Shown: positions 22,764 through 34,933 of the stretch, piece after piece
Position numbering within the stretch: the stretch's first letter is position 1
Layout: each line of letters starts with the position of its first letter
Source: an uncultured Lichenihabitans sp.
Lineage (GTDB): Bacteria > Pseudomonadota > Alphaproteobacteria > Rhizobiales > Beijerinckiaceae
Length of the DNA: 64,000 bases
NCBI GenBank assembly: GCA_964245915.1
Contig: CAXTOT010000007.1
Location: 21,183-85,182, forward strand
Reading direction: 5' to 3'
Program-made: the position numbers and the translations under genes
Notes under the pieces: model-generated
What the model saw: the letters and a program-made list of their open reading frames with translations, nothing else
The model's database searches: none
What the model was told of the DNA's origin: nothing

Positions 22764-22780
22764 TTTGCGGGCTTGCCGCC

Positions 22781-24277
22781 TCAGCTCGCCTCGGCCAGCA
22801 TCGCGAGCTGCCGCACATTGTTGTCGGCGTTCACGTCGACGAGGCGGGTCGGGTAGTCCCCGGTGAAACAATGGTCCGAGAACTGCGGCCGGATGGGATC
22901 GCGCTTCTCGTAACCCATCGCGCGGTAGATGCCGTCGACCGACAGGAAGGCCAGGGAATCGGCGCCGATATAGGCCCGCATGCCTTCGAGATCCATGGTG
23001 GCAGCCAGCAGCTTGTTCCGCTCGGGCGTGTCGATCCCGTAATAGTCGGGATGGGTGATGGGCGGCGAGGAGATGCGGAAATGCACTTCCTTGGCGCCGG
23101 CGTCGCGCATCATCTGGACGATCTTGATCGAGGTCGTGCCGCGCACGATGGAATCGTCGAGCAGCACGATCCGCTTGCCCGCCACGACCCCTCGATTGGC
23201 GCTGTGCTTCAGCCGCACCCCGATGTCGCGGGCCGATTGGCTCGGCTGGATGAAGGTGCGCCCGACATAGTGGTTGCGCACGATACCGAGTTCGAAGGGG
23301 ATTCCCGATGCCTGCGCGAAACCCAGCGCGGCCGGCACGCCGCTGTCGGGGACAGGCACCACGACATCGGCGTCGGCCGGGCTCTCCCGGGCGAGTTCGG
23401 CGCCCATGTTCTTGCGAACCTTATAGACGGAGCGGCCATGCACGACCGAGTCCGGCCGCGAGAAATAGATGTATTCGAAGATGCAGGGCCGCGCGGTTTG
23501 CGCCGGGAACGGTTTGAGGCTCTCGATCCCGTCCTCGGAGATTACCACGACCTCGCCATTTTCGATGTCGCGAATGAACCGCGCCCCGATGATGTCGAGC
23601 GCACAGGTTTCCGACGCCAGGATGTAGTGGCCGTGAAACTCGCCCAGCACCAGGGGCCGGATACCGAGCGGATCGCGGGCGCCCACCATCTTCTTGTTGG
23701 TCAATCCCACGAAGGAATAGGCGCCTTCGATCTGGCGGAGCGAATCGATGAACTTGTCGACGAAACGCGGTTTTCTCGACCGCGCCACGAGATGCAGGAT
23801 CACCTCGGTGTCCGAGGTCGACTGGCAGATCGCGCCCTCGCGAATCAGCTCCCGGCGAACCGTCAGGCCATTGGTGAGGTTGCCGTTATGCGCCACCGCG
23901 AAGCCGCCACCGTCGAGTTCCGCGAAGAGCGGCTGCACGTTGCGGAAGATGGTGGCGCCCGTCGTCGCGTAGCGGACATGCCCCATGGCGCTGCGGCCCG
24001 GAAGACGTGCGATCGTGTCGGTGTTGGAAAAATGATCCCCAACGAGGCCGAGGCGCCGCTCCGAATGGAACCGCTGGCCGTCGCAGGAGACGATACCGGC
24101 CGCCTCCTGACCGCGATGCTGCAAGGCATGAAGCCCGAGGGCCGTGATGGCGGCGGCATCGTCGTGGCCGAAGATGCCGAACACGCCGCATTCCTCGCGC
24201 AATCGGTCGGCATCGAGGTCGAAATCGTCGACGAGCACCTCGGATCGCGTGCGTGCGGACGCATCGGCGTGGAGCAT
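22781..24277 (-). CDS. purF: Amidophosphoribosyltransferase
   Basis: ECGVFG after propeptide, LQHRGQE, HNGNLTN, LDDSIVRGTT. Confidence 0.98.
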   Translation of the reverse strand: MLHADASARTRSEVLVDDFDLDADRLREECGVFGIFGHDDAAAITALGLHALQHRGQEAAGIVSCDGQRFHSERRLGLVGDHFSNTDTIARLPGRSAMGHVRYATTGATIFRNVQPLFAELDGGGFAVAHNGNLTNGLTVRRELIREGAICQSTSDTEVILHLVARSRKPRFVDKFIDSLRQIEGAYSFVGLTNKKMVGARDPLGIRPLVLGEFHGHYILASETCALDIIGARFIRDIENGEVVVISEDGIESLKPFPAQTARPCIFEYIYFSRPDSVVHGRSVYKVRKNMGAELARESPADADVVVPVPDSGVPAALGFAQASGIPFELGIVRNHYVGRTFIQPSQSARDIGVRLKHSANRGVVAGKRIVLLDDSIVRGTTSIKIVQMMRDAGAKEVHFRISSPPITHPDYYGIDTPERNKLLAATMDLEGMRAYIGADSLAFLSVDGIYRAMGYEKRDPIRPQFSDHCFTGDYPTRLVDVNADNNVRQLAMLAEAS

Positions 24278-24369
24278 CGTGCTGATCCTTGGCTTCCGAG
24301 TCGGGCTGGGTTGCAGCCCTATATAGCGACAACCGCGGCCCGGCGTAAGATCACAGGATTATGAAAACC

Positions 24370-25077
24370 CTATTGTTTGCGCGGGGCCGGGGCTGGCGGT
24401 TTGCCGAGCAGGTTGTTGAGCTTCTGCCGATCGGTTTGAGAAAGCGTCGCGGCATTGGCCGGCGTCGCCGGAGTCGTGTCGGTCCGCTTTTCGGGGAGGG
24501 GTGGCGGCGTCGGGATCGCGGCCTTGCCGTCGCTTTCGTCCGGGGGCGCATCGCCGGGGGCGCTTTTGTCGCGCTTCAGATGCTTGAAGATCGAATTGAC
24601 CAGGTCGTCGGGCAGCATGGCAAGTAGGTTGTCGCCGGTGACCTGCAGCAGGGGCCGCGTCTTGGCATTGGCAACCCAAACGGGCTGCTTGTCGGCGGGC
24701 ACCAGCCAGCTGAAGAACAGGAAGGCCACGAGGCCCAGCAGAAACCCACGCACCGCGCCAAAAACGAAGCCGAGGGTGCGATCAAGAGCCCCCACCTTGC
24801 TGTCCAGGATGGCGTCGGACAGCTTCACGGTGAGGATCGACACGACGATGAGAGTCGCGAAGAACACGATGGCCACCGCCGCGATCGTCTTGACGGTGTC
24901 CTTCTGGATGTAGGGGTCCAGAAAAGGGGTGACCTTCGAGTAGAGGAAGTAGGCCGCAGCCGCCGCGGCCGCCCAGGACGCGATCGCCAGAATTTCACGC
25001 GTAAACCCCCGAACCATTGACAGGAGGGCGGAAACCAGGACGATCCCCAACAGGGCCAGATCGAGATAAGACGGCAT
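24370..25077 (-). CDS. cvpA: CvpA family protein
   Basis: RGFTREILA, DRTLGFVFGAVRG; upstream of purF. Confidence 0.93.
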   Translation of the reverse strand: MPSYLDLALLGIVLVSALLSMVRGFTREILAIASWAAAAAAAYFLYSKVTPFLDPYIQKDTVKTIAAVAIVFFATLIVVSILTVKLSDAILDSKVGALDRTLGFVFGAVRGFLLGLVAFLFFSWLVPADKQPVWVANAKTRPLLQVTGDNLLAMLPDDLVNSIFKHLKRDKSAPGDAPPDESDGKAAIPTPPPLPEKRTDTTPATPANAATLSQTDRQKLNNLLGKPPAPAPRKQ

Positions 25078-25172
25078 CAACAGGCCTCGTGCCGGGATCG
25101 GCGGTTAAGGTTTGAGTCCAATACAGCAGACTTGCGCGCCCGGAGGTATACCGAAGCCAAGCTATCCCGTCA

Positions 25173-26612
25173 TTAACGTCCCGCCGAGCGTGGGGTCGGC
25201 GTGCCTTCGGATCGGGCCCACTGCTGAATCCTGGCCTCTTCCGCGATCTCGGCCACGAGCGCGTTGATGTGAGTGAGGGTGCGAAGTGGCAGCGACGGGT
25301 CGGGCTCTTTGCCGCTCCCGATCATCGCCAACGCGGGCGCGACGGCGGCCGAAAACCCGAGCTTGGCCGCTTCTTTAAGCCGCGCATTGGTATGCACCAC
25401 CGGGCGAACGGCACCCGAGAGGCCCAATTCACCAAAATAGACCGTGTCGGCTGGCAGGTGTGCTCCGGTCAGGGATGACAGCAGGGCGGCCGCGGCCGCA
25501 AGGTCGGCGGCGGGCTCGGTGACCCGCAAGCCGCCCGCGACGTTTAGATAGACGTCGTGCTGCCCGAGCCGAACTCCCGCGTGGGATTCGAGCACCGCAA
25601 TGACGGTCGCCAGGCGGTTGGAATCCCAGCCGACGACCGCGCGTCGCGGCGTCCCCAGCGCGGTCGGCGCCACCAGGGCCTGAAATTCGACCAACATCGG
25701 ACGCGTGCCCTCCATGCCGGCGAAGACCGCGGTCCCGGCCGCGTTGGCGTCCCGGCCGGACAGGAAAAAAGCCGAGGGGTTGGTGACCTCGCTGAGCCCG
25801 CCTCCGGTCATCTCGAACACGCCGATCTCGTCGGTCGGCCCGAAGCGGTTCTTCAGCGAGCGCAGGATGCGGAAGTGGTGGGCCCCGTCGCCCTCGAAAG
25901 ACAGCACCGCATCCACCATGTGTTCGACCACCCGAGGCCCGGCGATCTGGCCGTCCTTGGTGACGTGACCCACGAGGATGACGCAGGCTCCCGTGGTCTT
26001 GGCGTAGCGGATCAGCGCTTGCGCGGCGGCCCGGACCTGCGTGACGGTGCCGGGCGCGGCCTCGACGGTGTCGCTCCACATGGTCTGGATCGAATCGATG
26101 ACCGCCAGGCAGAAACGCGGGCCTTCGCTGAGCGTCGCCACGATATCTTCGACGCTGGTGGCGGCCGCGAGTTCGACCGGCGCTCCCGACAAGCCAAGGC
26201 GTTCCGCCCTGAGCCGCACTTGGGCGGCTGCCTCCTCGCCCGAGATATAGGCGACGCGCGGACCTTGCGACGCGAGCTTGGCGCAGGCCTGGATCAGCAG
26301 CGTCGACTTGCCGATCCCGGGCTCCCCGCCAATCAGCAGCACCGAGCCGGGCACGAGGCCCCCGCCTGTCACCCGATCGAGTTCGCCGATTCCCACGGCG
26401 GTGCGGGGCGGCTCCGCGGTGTCCGACGACAGCCCCTCGAGGGCAAACAGCCGTCCCTTGCGGCCCTTGCGGGCGATCTGGCCACCGATTCCCGAGGCCG
26501 CGGCTTCCTCGACGATGGTGTTCCACTCACCGCACGCGTCGCAGCGGCCCTGCCAGCGGTTGGTTACCGCGCCGCAGTTCTGGCACACGAACGTGGCGCG
26601 CGGTTTGGTCAT
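25173..26612 (-). CDS. radA: DNA repair protein RadA/Sms
   Basis: C4 zinc finger, GEPGIGKST, KNRFG. Confidence 0.98.
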   Translation of the reverse strand: MTKPRATFVCQNCGAVTNRWQGRCDACGEWNTIVEEAAASGIGGQIARKGRKGRLFALEGLSSDTAEPPRTAVGIGELDRVTGGGLVPGSVLLIGGEPGIGKSTLLIQACAKLASQGPRVAYISGEEAAAQVRLRAERLGLSGAPVELAAATSVEDIVATLSEGPRFCLAVIDSIQTMWSDTVEAAPGTVTQVRAAAQALIRYAKTTGACVILVGHVTKDGQIAGPRVVEHMVDAVLSFEGDGAHHFRILRSLKNRFGPTDEIGVFEMTGGGLSEVTNPSAFFLSGRDANAAGTAVFAGMEGTRPMLVEFQALVAPTALGTPRRAVVGWDSNRLATVIAVLESHAGVRLGQHDVYLNVAGGLRVTEPAADLAAAAALLSSLTGAHLPADTVYFGELGLSGAVRPVVHTNARLKEAAKLGFSAAVAPALAMIGSGKEPDPSLPLRTLTHINALVAEIAEEARIQQWARSEGTPTPRSAGR

Positions 26613-26644
26613 GCGGATTGGAACGCCTCGAACAGAGCCGGCCG

Positions 26645-27790
26645 CTATGATTCGGCCGTGCCGGCCCGCTTATACAGGCGCTGGTACCGGCGGCCCAAAC
26701 TGGTCAGGATCTCGTAGCCGATCGTGCCGGTCTGCCGACCGAGGTCGTCGATCGTGATGGTCGATCCGAGAAGCTCGACGGCGGTGCCGGGCGGTACCGC
26801 TTCTGGCGCGTCAGTGATGTCGACAATGCTGAGGTCCATCGAGACGCGGCCGACGAGCGGGCAGGGGACGCCGCCCACGATGGCCTGCGGGCCACCGCCT
26901 TGCCCTACCGTGCGGGCCCCGCGCGGCAAGCCGTCGGCATAGCCGACCCCGATCGTGGCGAGCCGCGTCGGGCGCGCCGCCGTCCAGAGACTTCCGTAGC
27001 CAACCGAATCCCCGGCCGCGATGGTGCGCGTCTGCAGGACGAGAGCCGTCAGGCCGACCACGGGTGCCATGGGATTGGGCTGTCCAGGGGTCGGGTTGCC
27101 GCCGTAGAGCGCGAAGCCAGGGCGCACGAGATCGTAGAAGGGAGGTTGCGGCAAGAACAACGCCGAGGAATTCGCAAGGGACGCCGGCAAGCGGCCGAGC
27201 GGGCCTTGCAGGACCTTCTCGAAGGCCGCGATCTGGGCCGCATTGCGTGCGTTGGTGGGCTCCTCGGCGGAACAGAGATGGCTCATCACCAGCGTGACGC
27301 GGGCCTCCCGGATCGTGCCTTCGTCGAGCGCCGCGGCCTCGGCGGGCGGGAAGCCGAGACGATTGAGGCCGGTATCGACGTGCAGGGCGGAGGTGCCGAA
27401 ACCTTCGAGGAGGCCCGTTACCCTGGCCGACCAGGCCGCGACCTCCTCGGCGGACCCCAAGACGGGATCGAGGGCGGCGTCGAAATAGGCCTGTGCGGGC
27501 GCGACCTCCGGATGGAAGCCGTTCAACACGAGAATTCGCGCGGCTCTGTCGTCCAAGCCCGCTTGGCGTAGCGCCGCACGGGCCCGCACGCCTTCAGCCG
27601 CATGGGCTACGAAGAAGGTCTTGCAGCCCGCCTGCGCCAGGGCCGGCACCGAGCGCTCGATGCCCGTTCCGTAAGCGTCGGCCTTGACGGCCGCGGCGCA
27701 TTCCGCCCTGCCGGCGCGCGCTTGCAGCATCTGCCAATTGTTCGCGAGCGCATCGAGGTCGATCGTGAGGGTAGCTTGCGCGTCTAGCAT
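26645..27790 (-). CDS. alr: Alanine racemase
   Basis: VKADAYG, HVDTGLNRLG, GYADG, GRVSMD, TIGYE. Confidence 0.97.
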   Translation of the reverse strand: MLDAQATLTIDLDALANNWQMLQARAGRAECAAAVKADAYGTGIERSVPALAQAGCKTFFVAHAAEGVRARAALRQAGLDDRAARILVLNGFHPEVAPAQAYFDAALDPVLGSAEEVAAWSARVTGLLEGFGTSALHVDTGLNRLGFPPAEAAALDEGTIREARVTLVMSHLCSAEEPTNARNAAQIAAFEKVLQGPLGRLPASLANSSALFLPQPPFYDLVRPGFALYGGNPTPGQPNPMAPVVGLTALVLQTRTIAAGDSVGYGSLWTAARPTRLATIGVGYADGLPRGARTVGQGGGPQAIVGGVPCPLVGRVSMDLSIVDITDAPEAVPPGTAVELLGSTITIDDLGRQTGTIGYEILTSLGRRYQRLYKRAGTAES

Positions 27791-27812
27791 CGAAGGGCCG
27801 CCGGAACGCTCC

Positions 27813-29321
27813 TCAAACGTGCACCGGCATGTGATCCTCGCGCGCCAGATCCGAGAAGCGCGTGACCTCGGCGTCGAACTGCAGTTCCACCGTACCGGTC
27901 GGGCCGTGGCGCTGTTTGCCGATGATGACCTCGGCTTTGCCGTGCGCCCGCTCGATATCGCTCAGCCACGCGGTGAACTCTTCGGTGCCCTCGCGCGGCT
28001 GCTTGTTCTTGAGATAATATTCCTCGCGATAGACGAACAGGACGACGTCGGCGTCCTGCTCGATCGAGCCCGATTCGCGAAGATCGGACAATTGCGGGCG
28101 TTTGTCGTCGCGGGATTCCACCTGCCTCGAGAGCTGCGACAGCGCCACGATGGGCACCGCCAGCTCCTTGGCCAGCGCCTTGAGGCCAGTCGTGATCTCG
28201 GTCAATTCCTGGACCCGGTTGGCATTCGAATTCTTCGATCCCGACAGCAGCTGCAGGTAGTCCACCACCAGCACGTCGAGGCCGCGTTGGCGCTTCAGGC
28301 GTCGCGCGCGTGCCGTGAGCTGGGCGATCGAGATGCCGCCGGTATGGTCGATGTAGAAGGGGATCGTCTGGATCTGCCGGGCAGCGTCGGTAATGTGGTG
28401 GAAATCCTCATCCGTGATGTCACCGCGCCGGATCTTGTAGGAGGCGACCCCCGACTGTTCCGCGATGATGCGGGTGGCAAGTTGTTCGGATGACATTTCC
28501 AGTGAGAAGAAGCCCACCACGCCGCCGTTGGTGGCCGCGTGCGTGCCGTCCGGCTTGACCTCGAATTGATAGGCCTTGGCGATGTTGAACGCGATATTGG
28601 TGGCGAGCGCGGTCTTGCCCATGCCCGGCCGCCCCGCCACGATCACGAGATCGGAGGATTGCAGGCCGCCCAGTTGCCGGTCGAGGTCGTGCATGCCGGT
28701 CGAGATTCCCGACAGCTTGCCGTCGCGCTCATAGGCCTTGGCCGCCATGTCGATGGCGTGGGTCAGCGCGGTGGAGAAGCTCTGAAAGCCGCCGTCGTAG
28801 CGGCCCGTCTCGGCGATCTCGTAAAGGCGGCGTTCGGCTTCCTCGATCTGGGCGCGCGGCGACAGATCGACGGGCGCGTCATAGGCGACATTCACCACCT
28901 CCTCGCCGATGGTGATGAGGCTGCGGCGCATGGCCAGATCATAGATGGTGCGGCCGTAATCCGCGGCGTTGATGACGGTCGTGGCCTCGGCCGCCAGCCG
29001 GGCGAGATATTGCGGTACCGTCGTGTTATTGCCGAGGTCGTGCTCGCCCAAAAAGGTCTTGAGCGTAACCGGTGTCGCCACCTTGCCGGCGCGGATCAAT
29101 TTGGCCGCGACCTCATAGATGCGGCGATGGATTTCTTCGGAAAAATGCGCGTCCTGCAGAAAGTCGGACACCCGGTCGAAGGCGTCGTTGTTGACCAGCA
29201 CGGCGCCGAGCAGAGCCTGTTCGGCTTCGATGTTGTGCGGCGCGACCCTGTAGGTTTCTTCCGATCGCTCGGGAGCCGGCACCAAACCCGTCCGCCGCTG
29301 CAGCGTTTCGACGATAGCCAT
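27813..29321 (-). CDS. dnaB: Replicative DNA helicase
   Basis: PHNIEAEQ, GRPGMGKT, DYLQL, DLRESGSIEQDAD; no intein. Confidence 0.98.
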   Translation of the reverse strand: MAIVETLQRRTGLVPAPERSEETYRVAPHNIEAEQALLGAVLVNNDAFDRVSDFLQDAHFSEEIHRRIYEVAAKLIRAGKVATPVTLKTFLGEHDLGNNTTVPQYLARLAAEATTVINAADYGRTIYDLAMRRSLITIGEEVVNVAYDAPVDLSPRAQIEEAERRLYEIAETGRYDGGFQSFSTALTHAIDMAAKAYERDGKLSGISTGMHDLDRQLGGLQSSDLVIVAGRPGMGKTALATNIAFNIAKAYQFEVKPDGTHAATNGGVVGFFSLEMSSEQLATRIIAEQSGVASYKIRRGDITDEDFHHITDAARQIQTIPFYIDHTGGISIAQLTARARRLKRQRGLDVLVVDYLQLLSGSKNSNANRVQELTEITTGLKALAKELAVPIVALSQLSRQVESRDDKRPQLSDLRESGSIEQDADVVLFVYREEYYLKNKQPREGTEEFTAWLSDIERAHGKAEVIIGKQRHGPTGTVELQFDAEVTRFSDLAREDHMPVHV

Positions 29322-29584
29322 GACGCTGGTCCGGTCCTTTTCTCGACTCGCTTGCGTTCCTTACGCATCCGCAGAAAGGGTTAACGATTTGCGAGCCGAT
29401 GGCCAGGGCGGTCGGCGCGGGTGCCACGCCAGGAACCGGGGGAGGGGCCTGCTATCTCGCCCAAAACGGGGTGTTTGTCCCCGATTCCCACAGCTGCGGT
29501 ATTTTGGTTAGAAAAGCCGTGACTTTGACGTTGCAAGCGCCGCGGCGGTTTGTACGGGAGCTAAAGTCAGCCGACCGCGTTTGA

Positions 29585-30724
<1,140 letters not shown>

Positions 30725-30753
30725 ACCTTCCTCCTACAATCAAGGATGACCGC

Positions 30754-31602
30754 ATGTCAGCCCATGACACGCCCGTCTGGTTCATCACCGGATGTTCCAC
30801 CGGCTTCGGCCGCCACCTCGCTACCAAAGTGCTCGAACGCGGCTGGCGCGCCGTGGTGACGGCCCGCGACCCAGCCGTCATCGCCGACATCGTCAAGGAC
30901 AATGAGGACAGCGCGATGGCGCTCCCACTCGACGTCACCGATGCCAGACAGATCGCCAGCGCGGTGCGCGAGGCCGAAGCTCGCTTCGGCCAGATCGACG
31001 TCCTCGTGAACAATGCCGGTTACGGCTATCTGGCCGCCATCGAAGAAGGCGAGGACGCCGCCGTCCGCCAGATGTTCGACACCAACGTGTTCGGGCTCGT
31101 GGCGGTCACCAAGGCCGTGCTCCCGGGCATGCGCGCGCGGCACAAGGGCGCCATCGTCAACCTCTCGTCCATCGGCGGCCTCGTGAGTTTTGCGGCGACC
31201 GGCTACTACCATGCGACGAAATATGCGGTAGAAGGATTGTCCGAATCCCTCGCCATCGAGGTGGAGCCGCTCGGCATCCATGTTGTCGTGGTCGAGCCGG
31301 GGCCATTCCGCACCGATTTTGCGGGGCGTTCCATCGGGCAGTCGAAAACCGTGATCGCCGACTATGATGCGACGGCGGGCGAGCGCCGGCACCAGACCTT
31401 CGCGCGCAGCGGCAATCAGGTCGGCGATCCGGTGCGGGCCGCCGAAGCCATCATCCAGGCGGTGACGGCCGCCAAACCGCCGCGTCACTTGCTGCTCGGC
31501 AAGCCGGCGCTGGAGCTTGCGCGCAAGAAGCTCGAAGTGCTCGAACAGGATTTCGCCGCGTGGGAGTCCGTCACGCTCGGGGCGGACTTCCCCAACGCTT
31601 GA
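30754..31602 (+). CDS. SDR family oxidoreductase
   Basis: TGCSTGFG, NNAG, YHATK, EPGPFRT. Confidence 0.93.
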   Translation: MSAHDTPVWFITGCSTGFGRHLATKVLERGWRAVVTARDPAVIADIVKDNEDSAMALPLDVTDARQIASAVREAEARFGQIDVLVNNAGYGYLAAIEEGEDAAVRQMFDTNVFGLVAVTKAVLPGMRARHKGAIVNLSSIGGLVSFAATGYYHATKYAVEGLSESLAIEVEPLGIHVVVVEPGPFRTDFAGRSIGQSKTVIADYDATAGERRHQTFARSGNQVGDPVRAAEAIIQAVTAAKPPRHLLLGKPALELARKKLEVLEQDFAAWESVTLGADFPNA

Positions 31603-31689
31603 TCTCTTGATCGTTGGTCCTGCCGCACAGGACCGGACCAAACAGCTGAGTTCGGCAAGCCGATAAGGCGGCTTTGCCTGCCTTCGCCC

Positions 31690-31718
31690 TTGCGCCGATA
31701 GGGCCGCGACATTATACA
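31690..31718 (+). promoter_or_regulatory. Candidate rpsB promoter
   Basis: TTGCGC-N17-TATACA immediately upstream of the rpsB leader. Confidence 0.55.
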
Positions 31719-31727
31719 CCGCATCAT

Positions 31728-31834
31728 TCCACACGCGGGCAATAGCGATCCTGCTTCAAGGACCGTTCCGGTGGCCGTCTCTTTTCGAGGCGGCCCGCAA
31801 GCCCGCGGAGGTCAAACCGGAGAGAGAACACGTC
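31728..31834 (+). ncRNA. rpsB 5' leader (S2 autoregulatory, t44-like) structured RNA
   Basis: CCACACGCGGG...CCGGTG...CCCGCGGAGG-TCAAACCGG pattern directly before rpsB, with CCGGT/ACCGG pseudoknot-type pairing. Confidence 0.65.
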
Positions 31835-32890
31835 ATGGCAGTTCCCGAATATTCTATGCGCTCGCTGCTCGAGTCGGGGGCGCATTTCGGTCACCAGTCG
31901 CACCGCTGGAATCCGAAGATGGCCCCTTTCATCTTCGGGACGCGCAACAACATCCACATCATCGATCTGGCACAGACGGTCCCGCTGTTCCACAGGGCGC
32001 TGCAAGCCGTCTCCGATACGGTCGCGCGCGGCGGTCGCGTGCTGTTCGTGGGCACCAAGCGTCAGGCCGCCGAGCCCATCGCGGATGCCGCGAAGCGTTC
32101 GGCGCAATATTACATCAATGCCCGCTGGCTCGGCGGCATGCTGACCAACTGGAAGACGATTTCGGCCTCCATTCAGCGCCTGCGCAAGGTCGAGGATCAG
32201 CTTCAGTCGGGCGCGGGCGGCCTCACCAAGAAGGAGCGCCTGATGCTGTCGCGCGAGCGCGACAAGCTGGAAAAGGCGCTGGGCGGCATCAAGGACATGG
32301 GCGGGGTGCCCGATCTCATCTTCGTGATCGACACCAACAAGGAGCAGCTGGCCATCAAGGAGGCGAACCGCCTCGGCATTCCGGTCGCGGCGATCGTCGA
32401 CACCAATTCTGATCCGGACGGAATCATGTATCCGATCCCGGGCAACGACGACGCGAGCCGCGCCATCGTGCTGTATTGCGACCTCGTCTCGCGCGCCGCC
32501 ATCGATGGCATCTCGCGCAGCCAGGGCTCGATCGGCGTCGACGTCGGCGAGATGGAAGCGCCGGTTGAGGAAGAGCTTCCCCCGGAGGTCGCGGCTCCCA
32601 CCGAGGCGACCTCGGCCGAGGGCGACGCCTCGACCGAGCTCGAGGCGCCCGCCGAGGCCTTCGAACTGCTGACCGCGCCGCGCGGCGCGCCGGACGATAT
32701 GTCCAAGCTCCACGGCGTGGGCCCGCAAATCGTGCAGAAGCTGAACGATGCCGGCGTGTTCCACTATTGGCAGCTTGCTGCCATGACGCCAGAGGACGTG
32801 GCCAAGCTCGACCAGCAGCTCAAGCTGGTGGGCCGGATCGATCGCGACGGCTGGGTGCAGCAGGCCCGCGAACTCTTGGCTGCCGTCTGA
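31835..32890 (+). CDS. rpsB: 30S ribosomal protein S2 with C-terminal extra domain
   Basis: [27 protein letters not shown]. Confidence 0.98.
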   Translation: MAVPEYSMRSLLESGAHFGHQSHRWNPKMAPFIFGTRNNIHIIDLAQTVPLFHRALQAVSDTVARGGRVLFVGTKRQAAEPIADAAKRSAQYYINARWLGGMLTNWKTISASIQRLRKVEDQLQSGAGGLTKKERLMLSRERDKLEKALGGIKDMGGVPDLIFVIDTNKEQLAIKEANRLGIPVAAIVDTNSDPDGIMYPIPGNDDASRAIVLYCDLVSRAAIDGISRSQGSIGVDVGEMEAPVEEELPPEVAAPTEATSAEGDASTELEAPAEAFELLTAPRGAPDDMSKLHGVGPQIVQKLNDAGVFHYWQLAAMTPEDVAKLDQQLKLVGRIDRDGWVQQARELLAAV

Positions 32891-32923
32891 CACGATCGGG
32901 TCAGGCTGCAATTAGATGACGAC

Positions 32924-32954
32924 GCAAGGCCCCTTCTGGGCCTTGCATTGTTTT
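32924..32954 (+). terminator. rpsB-tsf intergenic hairpin, weak terminator or attenuator
   Basis: GCAAGGCCC-CTTCT-GGGCCTTGC followed by ATTGTTTT. Confidence 0.55.
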
Positions 32955-33021
32955 GGACATCGGTGCGTAACACGCCGCCTGCATCAGGGGCGCCGCATCC
33001 AGATCACCTGAGGACAGGACC

Positions 33022-33948
33022 ATGGCCGATATCACAGCCGGGATGGTGAAGGATCTTCGCGAGAAGACCGGCGCTGGCATGATGGATTGCAAGAACGCCC
33101 TCAAGGAGACAGAGGGCGATATCGAGAACGCTGTCGATTGGCTGCGCAAGAAGGGCCTGTCAAAGGCTGCCAAGAAGTCCGGTCGGATCGCGGCCGAGGG
33201 GCTCGTGGCCGTCGCCATCGATGGTACCCGCGGCGTGCTGGTCGAAGTCAATTCGGAAACCGACTTCGTGGCCCGCAACGACGACTTCCAGAAGCTGGTT
33301 CGCGGTATCGCTGGCGTGGCGCTCGAGGGCGGCACCGCAAAGTCCAGCGACGTCGAAGCTTTGAAGGCTGCGGCTTACCCCGGCGGCGGCACCGTGTCCG
33401 AGGCCATTTCGCACGCGATCGCCACGATCGGGGAGAATATGACCCTGCGTCGTGCAGGCGGGCTCGAGGTCTCGCAAGGTGTGGTGGCGCATTACGTCCA
33501 CAACGTCGTCGGCGAGGGCTTGGGTAAGATCGCCGTGATCGTAGCCCTCGAATCCTCCGGCGACTCGGCGGCCCTCAACAGCCTCGGGCGCCAGATCGCC
33601 ATGCATATCGCGGCCGCGAGCCCGCTGGGTCTCGACGGCGCCAGCCTCGATCCCTCGATCGTCGCCCGTGAAAAGCAGCTTCTCATCGATAAGAACGCCG
33701 GCAAGCCCGCCCACGTGATGGACAAGATCGTCGAAAGCGGCTTGAAGAGCTACTACAAGGAAGTAAGCTTGCTCGATCAGGCCTTCGTCCATGACAATGC
33801 CAAGTCGGTTGCCCAGGCCGTCAAGGAAGCCGAAAAACAGGTTGGCGGCCCTATCGCCGTCAAGGGCTTTCTGCGATTTGCGCTCGGGGAGGGGATCGAC
33901 AAGCCCGAGGGTCCGGACTTCGCGTCCGAGGTCGCGAGCATGGTCTGA
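33022..33948 (+). CDS. tsf: Elongation factor Ts
   Basis: [23 protein letters not shown]. Confidence 0.98.
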   Translation: MADITAGMVKDLREKTGAGMMDCKNALKETEGDIENAVDWLRKKGLSKAAKKSGRIAAEGLVAVAIDGTRGVLVEVNSETDFVARNDDFQKLVRGIAGVALEGGTAKSSDVEALKAAAYPGGGTVSEAISHAIATIGENMTLRRAGGLEVSQGVVAHYVHNVVGEGLGKIAVIVALESSGDSAALNSLGRQIAMHIAAASPLGLDGASLDPSIVAREKQLLIDKNAGKPAHVMDKIVESGLKSYYKEVSLLDQAFVHDNAKSVAQAVKEAEKQVGGPIAVKGFLRFALGEGIDKPEGPDFASEVASMV

Positions 33949-34052
33949 CGATCGGCGATGCGGCCTGCACACGCGGGCCGGATCGGACTAGGCTGCGTTT
34001 TGAAGGCCCGCGGGGTGCAAGCCTTGCGGGTCTGTCGCAACACCGAGGCTGC

Positions 34053-34781
34053 ATGACGAGCGATCACGAAGGCGCACTCTATCGACGTATCGTGATCAAG
34101 CTCTCCGGTGAGGCCTTGACGGGTCCCGAGGCATTCGGCCTCCACGCCCCCACCCTGTCCCGGATCGCAGCGGACCTCGTGCGTTCGGTGGAGCTCGGGG
34201 TCGAGATCGCGGTCGTGGTGGGGGGCGGCAATTTTTTCCGCGGCATGCAGGGCGCCGACAAAGGCATCGAGCGGGCCCGCGCGGATTCGATCGGCATGCT
34301 GGCGACCGTCATGAACGCGCTGGCGATCGAGGCCGCCATCGAGGCCGAGGGGCATTCGGCGCGGGCCCTTTCGGCGATTCCGATGCCATCCTTGTGCCAA
34401 CCCTATTCGCGCCAGGCGGCGCTGCATCATCTCGCCAAGCAGCGGATTTGCGTGTTGGCGGGTGGCACCGGAAACCCCTTCTTCACCACGGACACGGGGG
34501 CGGTGCTGAGAGCCGCCGAATTGTCCTGCGACGCCGTCCTGAAGGCCACGCAAGTCGATGGCGTCTATTCGGCCGACCCCAAACTCGATGCGAGCGCAAC
34601 CCGCTTCGAACGATTGACCCACGACGAGGCGATCAGCCGGAATCTCGCCGTGATGGATACGGCCGCTTTCGCGCTTGCGCGCGAAAACATGATTCCGATC
34701 GTGGTCTTCTCCATCGCCGACAAGGCGGCGATCAGGACCGCCCTCGAGGGACGAGGTCGCTTCACCTTGGTCACCCCGTGA
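34053..34781 (+). CDS. pyrH: UMP kinase
   Basis: KLSGEAL, GGGN, GNPFFTTD. Confidence 0.98.
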   Translation: MTSDHEGALYRRIVIKLSGEALTGPEAFGLHAPTLSRIAADLVRSVELGVEIAVVVGGGNFFRGMQGADKGIERARADSIGMLATVMNALAIEAAIEAEGHSARALSAIPMPSLCQPYSRQAALHHLAKQRICVLAGGTGNPFFTTDTGAVLRAAELSCDAVLKATQVDGVYSADPKLDASATRFERLTHDEAISRNLAVMDTAAFALARENMIPIVVFSIADKAAIRTALEGRGRFTLVTP

Positions 34782-34933
34782 GGCGTCAGTAGGCCGATCC
34801 TGATGGCGCAAGCTGCGGATTGGGCATGCGGAAGCCAAATTTCATGTGTAAGACTGCGGCCGGCAACGCGTGGTCGTTGCTCGACAATTACGGCCGGCGG
34901 TTATCGCCGGTGATTATCGATAGGGTGTCAAGC

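Noticed and set aside
27813-29321. Possible intein in DnaB
   Set aside because: Normal length and contiguous motifs
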